From Coriobacteriia bacterium (GTDB lineage Bacteria > Actinomycetota > Coriobacteriia > WRKU01 > WQUG01), in NCBI GenBank assembly GCA_009785795.1, contig WQVN01000002.1, positions 8,221 through 72,220 of the forward strand: a DNA stretch of 64,000 bases, in the 5' to 3' direction. The notes under the pieces were generated by a model. That model was given only the letters and a program-made list of their open reading frames with translations, did no database searches and was not told the DNA's origin. Position 1 is the first letter of the stretch. Each line of letters begins with the position of its first letter. Shown here piece after piece: positions 57,991-64,000 of this stretch. The position numbers and the translations under genes are program-made.

Positions 57991-58158
57991 TGCTTTGCAT
58001 TGAACGCTCTTGATGCTCAGAACTGGCATCAAGTTGTGCGATTCGAATATGCATGCATCCGACACGCTGAGTATTCTGATTTTTGCAAGCTTCTTCAATC
58101 TTGGGTGACAAGAAGGTTCAGATTGTGTGAGCGTTTGGCAACGAAAGAGCTGTGCTGT

Positions 58159-58189
58159 TTGACCGCCATGTGTACGCACTACGTATAAT
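58159..58189 (+). promoter_or_regulatory. Putative promoter of the CDGSH-rSAM-degV unit
   Basis: TTGACC (58159-58164) and TATAAT (58184-58189). The 19 nt spacer is longer than optimal. Confidence 0.3.
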
Positions 58190-58235
58190 TTGATACCTAT
58201 TATTTTTCCTAAAGCAGAGGAAGAGGGTGTGTGCC

Positions 58236-58982
58236 ATGAGTGAAAGTATGCGTATCGACGTCCTAGAGAATGGCCCCTACATGGTGTCAGGAAATGTTCC
58301 TTTAAGCGTGATGACCATTGAGCGAAATGAGCAGCGCGAAGCAGTTTCGTGGAGGCAGATCAAAGAACTTCCTTTGAAAGATAAATACATGCTGTGTCGC
58401 TGCGGCAAGTCAAAGAACAAGCCATACTGTGATGGAACTCATGCTGCGATAGGTTTTGATGGTTATGAAACTGCGACAATGCAACCGTATGAGCGGGACG
58501 CAGAAGTAATCCAGGGCGATGGCATTGCTCTGCACGACAATCAAAGTTTCTGTGTAGGTGCAGAATTCTGCGATCGTTTGGGCGGTGTATGGAACTTGGT
58601 GCAAGCTACCGTGGAAAATGTAGGTGAGCGCAATCCAGAAAAAGCGACTCAAGTTGTTCAGAAAGCTCAAAAAATTGCTACTGAGCAGGCATGTAATTGT
58701 CCATCTGGCAGACTGGTTATGCATAAGACCCTTGATGATGGCAGCGAATTGATTATTGAACCTGATTTTGGCGAACCAAACATTGTGCTGATTGAAGATG
58801 TTGACTATGGTGCAAGTGGAGCGATTTGGGTACGTGGAAAGATTCCCATATATTCTGCAGATGGCAACCCGTATGAAGTGCGCAATCGCATGACCCTGTG
58901 TCGCTGTGGAGCATCAAGTAATAAGCCCTTTTGTAACGGTGCGCACTATTCGATAAATTTTGATGATGGATTGGTGGATTAA
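58236..58982 (+). CDS. CDGSH iron-sulfur domain protein (two CDGSH motifs flanking a 4-Cys ferredoxin-like segment)
   Basis: CRCGKSKNKPYCDGTH (a canonical CDGSH 2Fe-2S motif) and CRCGASSNKPFCNGAH (a variant). Between them lie C..AEFC...and...CNC, four Cys in all. GAGGAAGAGGG RBS lies before ATG 58236. Confidence 0.8.
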   Translation: MSESMRIDVLENGPYMVSGNVPLSVMTIERNEQREAVSWRQIKELPLKDKYMLCRCGKSKNKPYCDGTHAAIGFDGYETATMQPYERDAEVIQGDGIALHDNQSFCVGAEFCDRLGGVWNLVQATVENVGERNPEKATQVVQKAQKIATEQACNCPSGRLVMHKTLDDGSELIIEPDFGEPNIVLIEDVDYGASGAIWVRGKIPIYSADGNPYEVRNRMTLCRCGASSNKPFCNGAHYSINFDDGLVD

Positions 58983-60118
58983 TGGCTCATGTAAGGTCAC
59001 TCTTTTTTACAGGTGTTGCAAGTCAGTCAGAGAATAAGGCTCAAGAGGCAAAACGGCTGGGACGACCCTCGTCATTGATTTGGAACATTACTAATCGTTG
59101 CAATTTACTGTGCAGCCACTGTTATATGGCAGCTGATGGACGCACTCTGCCAGACCAGCTAAGCGAAGCTCAGGCGTATGACATGATTGAGCGCATGGAG
59201 CAAGCAGGAGTACCTGTAGTTTTCCTGTCTGGTGGTGAGCCCATGATGCATCCCAATTTCTGGGAGATTCTCGCACGCGTCAATACAGCAGGAGTGCGTC
59301 CAACAATCAGCACTAACTGCACCTTTATTGATGCAGAGGCTGCCGCACGACTTGCAGACAATGGGGTACGTTTTATTGCGACGTCACTTTATGGGCCACG
59401 TGAATTTCACGATGACATGGTTGGTGTCCCTGGCATCTATGACAAAATCATTGCTGCGATAACAGAGTTGCGCAAGGCTGGTGTCAAAGTTGTCATCAAG
59501 ACTGCAGTATCAAAAGATACCTATCCTTATCTTTATGACATAATCGCGCTGGCAAAAGAAATGGACTGTTCAATGGTCTACTTATGTGATCTTATAACCA
59601 GTGGGCGCAGTGATGGGGCAGATGATCAGCGTATTAGCAACCAGCAATGGCGCGAGATTTGCGATTACATTATTGATGATTTGACTGATCCTGATAACTA
59701 CTTTGAATACGATATTGGGGCAATTCCTTCGACGATTCCCTATATTGCACGTGGCTTAACTGCGCGTGGGCTGGACATCACAAAGGGATTGGAGCGCTTG
59801 AAGATATTCAGTGCTTGCCCTGTGGGGCAGGGACATATGACGATTAATTCTACCGGCGGGATTATGCCCTGCCAGTTTGCACAAGATTGGACATTGGGCA
59901 ACATATATGAACTGTCTTTTGCTGAAGCTACGCAACGACTGTCACAACTTGATGATGCGGTAATTGATGGACAGTGCTCTGTTGATGCGTGTGCTTATAG
60001 CCGTGCATGTCGTGGCTGTCGCGTGAAAGCCTGGCAACGCACAGGGGGAAACTGCGGCGGAAATTCAAATGCGGAGGACATTACCTGTATACTAGAACCT
60101 TGCGAAAGAAGTATTTGA
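58982..60118 (+). CDS. Radical SAM enzyme with C-terminal SPASM-like Cys-rich domain
   Basis: NITNRCNLLCSHCY (CxxxCxxC), SGGEPMMHP and TNCTF. The C-terminus has CPVG...MPCQF...CSVDACAYSRACRGCRVKAW...CGG...C. The start overlaps the upstream stop (TAATG). Confidence 0.85.
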   Translation: MAHVRSLFFTGVASQSENKAQEAKRLGRPSSLIWNITNRCNLLCSHCYMAADGRTLPDQLSEAQAYDMIERMEQAGVPVVFLSGGEPMMHPNFWEILARVNTAGVRPTISTNCTFIDAEAAARLADNGVRFIATSLYGPREFHDDMVGVPGIYDKIIAAITELRKAGVKVVIKTAVSKDTYPYLYDIIALAKEMDCSMVYLCDLITSGRSDGADDQRISNQQWREICDYIIDDLTDPDNYFEYDIGAIPSTIPYIARGLTARGLDITKGLERLKIFSACPVGQGHMTINSTGGIMPCQFAQDWTLGNIYELSFAEATQRLSQLDDAVIDGQCSVDACAYSRACRGCRVKAWQRTGGNCGGNSNAEDITCILEPCERSI

Positions 60119-60136
60119 GGGTAAAGGAGCCTTGCA

Positions 60137-61096
60137 ATGGCAGTCAAGATTGTCACTGATTCAACCGTAACGCTGACACAAGAACAAATCGACGAATATG
60201 ACATTACGAAGTGTACGCTGTTTATTGTAAGCGATGGTGTGTCTACGCCAGAGATTACTATGGATTACTTTGAGTATTATGAGCGCTTACTTGATCTGGA
60301 AAATCTACCGACGACATCGCAGCCCACTACGGCAAGCTTTATTGAAGTCTTTACAGAGGCTTTGGACAAGGGCGATGACGTGCTGGCAGTTTTGGTATCA
60401 GCTGGACTTTCGGGCACGGTTGAGGGCGCACTTACCGCAAAGGCGCATATTGAGTCACAGCGCGATGATGCAGCTGGTCGCATTGCCATTGTAAATAGTC
60501 AGTCAAATGGCATGGGTCTTGCTTACCCTGTGCTAGATGCAGCAAAACTTGCAAAAGAGGGCGCAGACCTTGAGACGTGCAGGCAAGCAGCAGAATATAC
60601 GACGTCATGTACCCGCTTTTTGTTTGCGCCTCGCTCACTAGAGCATTTACGTCGCGGTGGCAGGATTGGACGCGCTCAATCGCTGCTAGGAACTGCACTT
60701 CAGATGTTTCCTGTGCTAGGCCCTGACAAACACACAGGTGCTGTTCATACGTATGCAAAGGTACGCACTTATTCAAAAGCGCTGGCTACCATTAAAGATA
60801 AAATGCTTGAGGATGCAGAAGCTTCTGGCGGTCTGAAAGCATTGTGCGTGCACTATATCGCCGAAAAGGCAGAAGCAGAAAAGTTCCTCGAGAAAGTTGT
60901 TCAACCTGCGGTAAAGCTCAAGGCGGCATTTGAGCCTATTGCACCGACGGTTGGCACTCACGTAGGTCCTGCAGTGGGGATTGCATATCAGACCTTCAAT
61001 CCGGTCAGGAAAGAAGACCTTGAAGGTATGGGCTTTGCAGACAAGGCAAGTGAGCGCATTCAAGACCTGCGTTCACGCATTCAGAAAAAGGACTAA
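60137..61096 (+). CDS. DegV family fatty-acid-binding protein
   Basis: MAVKIVTDSTVTL..., SGLSGTVE and LEHLRRGGRIGRA. It starts 18 nt after the rSAM stop. Confidence 0.85.
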   Translation: MAVKIVTDSTVTLTQEQIDEYDITKCTLFIVSDGVSTPEITMDYFEYYERLLDLENLPTTSQPTTASFIEVFTEALDKGDDVLAVLVSAGLSGTVEGALTAKAHIESQRDDAAGRIAIVNSQSNGMGLAYPVLDAAKLAKEGADLETCRQAAEYTTSCTRFLFAPRSLEHLRRGGRIGRAQSLLGTALQMFPVLGPDKHTGAVHTYAKVRTYSKALATIKDKMLEDAEASGGLKALCVHYIAEKAEAEKFLEKVVQPAVKLKAAFEPIAPTVGTHVGPAVGIAYQTFNPVRKEDLEGMGFADKASERIQDLRSRIQKKD

Positions 61097-61114
61097 TTGA
61101 GTACAAATCTTCAT

Positions 61115-61146
61115 CTGAAACCCCGTGCGAAGCCGCGGGGTTTCAG
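61115..61146 (+). terminator. Terminator hairpin after degV
   Basis: CTGAAACCCCG (61115-61125) pairs with CGGGGTTTCAG (61136-61146), followed by TGTTT. Confidence 0.55.
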
Positions 61147-61190
61147 TGTTTAAACGTGAATAAATCTTGAAAATTGAGGTTGGCTGAAAC

Positions 61191-62510
61191 ATGATTGATC
61201 GTTATAGTCGTCCAGAGATGGCGCACATATGGACCCTGCAGAACAAATACGAGGTTTGGCGTGAAATTGAAGTACTTGCGTGCGAAGCGCAAGCGCAGTT
61301 GGGCGACATTGGCATTACCGCAAAAGAAGCCGCACTAATTCATTTGCGCGCTGACTTTTCTGTGGAACGAATCGCAGAACTTGAGGTGACTTTGCGCCAT
61401 GATGTAATTGCATTTCTCACTAATCTTGCAGAAAATATAGGCGAAGAATCAAAGTGGGTTCACTATGGCATGACATCCTCTGACTTGGGTGATACTGCCC
61501 TTTGCTACTTGCTGACACAAGCTGTTGATATTTTGCTTGAAGATGTTGTACGGGTAGGCGAAATCTGCAAACGTCGTGCATTTGAGACGCGCGATATGCT
61601 TTGTGTGGGACGCACACATGGGGTACATGCAGAACCCATGACCTTTGGCATGAAGTTTGCCCGCTGGGCATATGCGATGAATCGTGCCCAGAAGCGCTTG
61701 CTGGCGGCTCGCGAGATGATTGCTGTGGGAGCAATCTCAGGTGCTGTAGGCAGTTATAGCAGTATTGATCCCTTTGTCGAAGAATATGTTTGCAAAAAGC
61801 TCGGGTTAAAGCCCGACCCACTATCGACACAAATTGTGGCACGTGATCGTCATGCACAGCTACTGTCAGTATTAGCAACTGTTGCTGCAAGTGCAGAGGA
61901 CATTGCCACTGAAATTCGTGCTATGCAAAAAACTGAAATGCTCGAGGCAGAAGAGCCGTTCACTAGTGGACAAAAAGGTTCATCTGCAATGCCTCACAAG
62001 CGAAATCCCATTATCAGTGAACGTATATGTGGCCTGGCACGTGTAGTGAAGGCTAATGCACAAGTAGGCTTTGACAATGTGGCTCTGTGGCATGAACGTG
62101 ATATCAGCCACTCCAGCGCAGAGCGTGTGGTGCTGGCAGACTCAACCTTGGCACTTGATTACTTGCTGAACAAACTTGCTTGGGTGCTGGACGGTCTTGT
62201 TCTGTATCCGCAACGTATGCAGACAAATTTGAATGTGACGCGTGGACTTATTTACAGCAGTCACATCTTATTGGCAATGATAGATGCGGGAATGACTCGT
62301 GAAGCTGCCTATGAGGTTGTTCAGCGTGCTGCTATGCAGGTTTGGGAGGACGTCCAGACCGCTCAAGCTGGATCGACGCTTGCAGATCTTTTAGCTGCCG
62401 ATGATGTCTGTCCGCTAAGCGCCGGACAACTGGCAAAGATTTGTCAGCCAGAGCAGTTTTTGACTCGCGTAGATACCGTCTTTGCTCGTTTAGAATCTCT
62501 CACTTTTTAA
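61191..62510 (+). CDS. purB: Adenylosuccinate lyase
   Basis: MIDRYSRPEM..IW....K...W..VE and the fumarate-lyase signature GSSAMPHKRNP. Confidence 0.95.
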   Translation: MIDRYSRPEMAHIWTLQNKYEVWREIEVLACEAQAQLGDIGITAKEAALIHLRADFSVERIAELEVTLRHDVIAFLTNLAENIGEESKWVHYGMTSSDLGDTALCYLLTQAVDILLEDVVRVGEICKRRAFETRDMLCVGRTHGVHAEPMTFGMKFARWAYAMNRAQKRLLAAREMIAVGAISGAVGSYSSIDPFVEEYVCKKLGLKPDPLSTQIVARDRHAQLLSVLATVAASAEDIATEIRAMQKTEMLEAEEPFTSGQKGSSAMPHKRNPIISERICGLARVVKANAQVGFDNVALWHERDISHSSAERVVLADSTLALDYLLNKLAWVLDGLVLYPQRMQTNLNVTRGLIYSSHILLAMIDAGMTREAAYEVVQRAAMQVWEDVQTAQAGSTLADLLAADDVCPLSAGQLAKICQPEQFLTRVDTVFARLESLTF

Positions 62511-62555
62511 AATGAATATCTTCACATCACTCTGAAATTGATGATATAATCATTT

Positions 62556-62587
62556 TGCGATGCGTCGAGATTCCGTTAGTGGGTACC
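62556..62587. repeat. IS left inverted repeat
   Basis: TGCGATGCGTCGAGATTCCGTTAGTGGGTACC. The reverse complement of the right end is TGCGATGCGCAGAAATTCGTGAGTGGGATACC. Confidence 0.7.
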
Positions 62588-62623
62588 TGAAAAGTCATAT
62601 GCATATAAACTGATATGTAGGCA

Positions 62624-62992
62624 ATGACTAAAGAAGGAATCAAAATGCCAAGTAATAGAAGTAAATATTCACCGGAATTTAGAGAGCAAACTGCTCGCCA
62701 TATCATTGAGTCAGGAAAATCTGCAACGTCTATGGCAGAAGAACTCAATATTGATGTCAACACGGTATGTCGTTGGGTAAGAGATTTCAGGAAAAAGCAT
62801 GACATGCCTACCTGGAGCGAAGAACAAAGACGCAGACCCAGACAAAATGGCATTTCAGATGTTGAACTCCTTGAGAAAAACAAAGAGCTTGAGAAATTGA
62901 TAAAGCGTCAGAAAAAACAGATAGTTGAACTTGAAGAGGAAAAATCTATCTTAAAAAAATCCCTAGTCATCTTCGCGCAACCCCACGCATGA
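62624..62992 (+). CDS. IS3-family transposase OrfA (HTH + leucine-zipper)
   Basis: SKYSPEFREQTARHIIESGKSATSMAEELNIDVNTVCRWVRDF (an HTH_Tnp_1-type helix-turn-helix), followed by a coiled coil LEKLIKRQKKQIVELEEEKSILKK. Confidence 0.85.
   Translation: MTKEGIKMPSNRSKYSPEFREQTARHIIESGKSATSMAEELNIDVNTVCRWVRDFRKKHDMPTWSEEQRRRPRQNGISDVELLEKNKELEKLIKRQKKQIVELEEEKSILKKSLVIFAQPHA
62953..62959 (+). promoter_or_regulatory. Programmed -1 ribosomal frameshift slippery heptamer (A AAA AAA)
   Basis: In the orfA frame the codons read TTA AAA AAA TCC. A -1 slip continues as AAA AAA ATC CCT AGT ... into the orfB frame with no stop, giving an OrfAB fusion. Confidence 0.6.
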
Positions 62993-63873
62993 GATATGAG
63001 GCAATGGAGCGCCTCAAATTTGAACACAGCGTGCGAAAGATGGCTAACGTACTTGGGGTTAAAGAAGCAGCCTTTTACCAGTGGAGGAAAAGGCAACAAA
63101 ACAATCTTACAAAGCAAGCAGAGGAAGAAAAGCTTATAGCAAAAGTGCGCAAAGTCTTTGAAGATCATGAGCGCATATATGGGTATCGCTCTATGAAAAG
63201 AGCACTTGAAGCAGAAGAAATCTACCTATCCGAATACAAGGTCAGACAAATTATGCGCACCAGTGGCATGTATCCAGAATCTTACAAGAAGTACAGACCT
63301 GCCAAATCAGGCAAGGCAAATGGCCGCTATCTGGAAAACCTGCTCAGTCAAGATTTCAAAACATCACGCCTTAACGAAAAGTGGGCAGGAGATATTACCT
63401 ACATCAAGACTAAAGTGGGATGGGTATATATGGCTTGCATCATTGATCTTCACAACAAAGAAATTGTTGGATATGAGATAGCAAAAAGAGCTGACACAGA
63501 GCTTGTGTGCAGAGCACTTTCTTATGCATTAGTTAAGCGCAATATAACAGATAAATCTGCATTAGTCTTTCATAGTGACAGAGGAATCCAATATGCTTCA
63601 AAGCGCTTTCAAAAGATGCTTGAGCTAAATGATGTCAAAGGCTCTATGTCACGTGCTGGATGTCCTTTTGACAATGCTCCAACAGAGTGTTTTATTTCTA
63701 TTGCTAAGCGCGAGAGAATCTACCGCAAAGACTACTTAAATATCTTTGAAGTCAGACGTGATTTATTTGACTATATTGAAGTCTTCTATAATAGAAAGCG
63801 CATTCAAAGAGGACTGGGATATGTAAGTCCGCTTGTCTTTAGGCAAGAAATCGAAGCCAGAAGGGCTGCTTAA
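62989..63873 (+). CDS. IS3-family transposase OrfB (DDE integrase core)
   Basis: The DDE triad is in context: WAGDITYIKT, VFHSDRGIQYAS, and NAPTECFISIAKRE. The track start at ATG 62989 overlaps the orfA stop (ATGA). Confidence 0.85.
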   Translation: MRYEAMERLKFEHSVRKMANVLGVKEAAFYQWRKRQQNNLTKQAEEEKLIAKVRKVFEDHERIYGYRSMKRALEAEEIYLSEYKVRQIMRTSGMYPESYKKYRPAKSGKANGRYLENLLSQDFKTSRLNEKWAGDITYIKTKVGWVYMACIIDLHNKEIVGYEIAKRADTELVCRALSYALVKRNITDKSALVFHSDRGIQYASKRFQKMLELNDVKGSMSRAGCPFDNAPTECFISIAKRERIYRKDYLNIFEVRRDLFDYIEVFYNRKRIQRGLGYVSPLVFRQEIEARRAA

Positions 63874-63906
63874 GAAAATGATGGGACTGCATCGAGAGAT
63901 TAGGGG

Positions 63907-63938
63907 GGTATCCCACTCACGAATTTCTGCGCATCGCA
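63907..63938. repeat. IS right inverted repeat
   Basis: GGTATCCCACTCACGAATTTCTGCGCATCGCA. About 24 of 32 positions match the left repeat by eye, allowing one indel. Confidence 0.7.
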
Positions 63939-63940
63939 GT

Positions 63941-64000
63941 CACACCTGGCAAAAGACATACGACTATCTTGGCAATCAACTGACCTTAACTGATCCGCTT
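63941..64000 (+). pseudogene. Fragment of an RHS/YD-repeat protein gene (5' part missing, runs off the 3' edge)
   Basis: The frame starting at 63941 reads HTWQKTYDYLGNQLTLTDPL, which matches the YD-repeat consensus (Y.YD..GN....TDP.G). Only 20 codons are visible. Confidence 0.3.

Larger units (their letters stand above)
62556..63938 (+). mobile_element. IS3-family insertion sequence (1383 bp, IS150-like organisation)
   Basis: Bounded by imperfect ~32 bp inverted repeats that start TG and end CA. It contains orfA and orfB in the 0/-1 frame arrangement with an A7 slippery site. Confidence 0.85.

Noticed and set aside
58000-58188. A 62-codon Cys-rich ORF (…YACIRH…DFCKLL…RLCERL…ELCCLTAMCTHYV) just upstream of the CDGSH-rSAM/SPASM pair. 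It is tempting as a RiPP precursor peptide.
   Set aside because: It would have to start at a TTG embedded in the tail of the cspA terminator, with no Shine-Dalgarno. The only in-frame ATG gives a 6 aa peptide. The putative promoter of the downstream operon (58159-58189) lies inside it. Other small ATG ORFs in 57930-58235 (9, 11 and 31 aa) also lack an RBS. I keep it only as something to re-test if the rSAM classifies as a peptide maturase.
1-64000. A scan of all intergenic gaps over 100 nt for tRNA, rRNA, CRISPR arrays and known riboswitch cores.
   Set aside because: I saw no cloverleaf-compatible sequences, no spaced direct-repeat arrays and no recognisable riboswitch consensus. This scan was by eye only, so tRNAscan/Infernal should confirm it.

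Overview
This 64 kb window is mostly housekeeping chromosome from a moderately GC Gram-positive-type bacterium. The gene order (alr-udg-tsaE-tsaB::tsaD, rpmF-plsX, veg-ispE, alaS-ruvX-mltG, family II pyrophosphatase, an LPXTG surface protein) suggests an anaerobic Coriobacteriia-like or Firmicutes-like organism. That placement is inference only; no search was run.

Blocks in order:
- (1) 0-2.2 kb: a patchwork with a patatin-like gene tail, RidA, DUF1801, a small membrane protein and a 5'-truncated PIN/VapC remnant.
- (2) An ilvB-ilvN-ilvC-ilvD-ilvA operon with an orphan N6-adenine DNA methyltransferase appended.
- (3) rpmF (under 60 aa, so absent from the ORF track) and plsX, followed by two tandem paralogous exported, membrane-anchored proteins of unknown function and a convergent isochorismatase-family gene.
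- (4) veg-ispE-NTP transferase-acpS-alr-udg-tsaE-tsaB::tsaD-punA and a Zn-ADH.
- (5) Minus-strand nucleoside uptake and catabolism genes (BMP lipoprotein, ABC ATPase, two permeases, deoC) plus DegV, an MBL hydrolase and a CPBP protease.
- (6) A cell-envelope cluster: an isopeptide pilin-like LPVTG protein, a PG-binding protein, an NlpC/P60 endopeptidase, PBP1A, two convergent overlapping GT2 genes and an O-antigen-ligase-like/TPR protein.
- (7) ppaC, DUF948, alaS-ruvX-mltG-yqeG-hisS-aspS.
- (8) DUF3048 lipoprotein, pdxK, ruvCAB, an ECF-S-like membrane protein and a small radical SAM.
- (9) cspA, then a discrete unit of CDGSH protein, radical SAM/SPASM enzyme and DegV, then purB.
- (10) A complete IS3-family element (orfA/orfB, A7 frameshift site, 32 bp inverted repeats, no target duplication) abutting an RHS/YD-repeat-like fragment at the window edge.

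I found no rRNA, tRNA or CRISPR array. Nothing here is an obvious new defence or mobile system.

The most second-look-worthy items are:
- the translationally coupled CDGSH + rSAM/SPASM (+DegV) module
- the ECF-S-like + small rSAM pair on the end of ruvCAB
- the TsaB::TsaD fusion
- the tandem unknown paralogs
- the orphan methylase
- the IS3/RHS junction

All family assignments come from motif recognition by eye and need HMM/BLAST confirmation.
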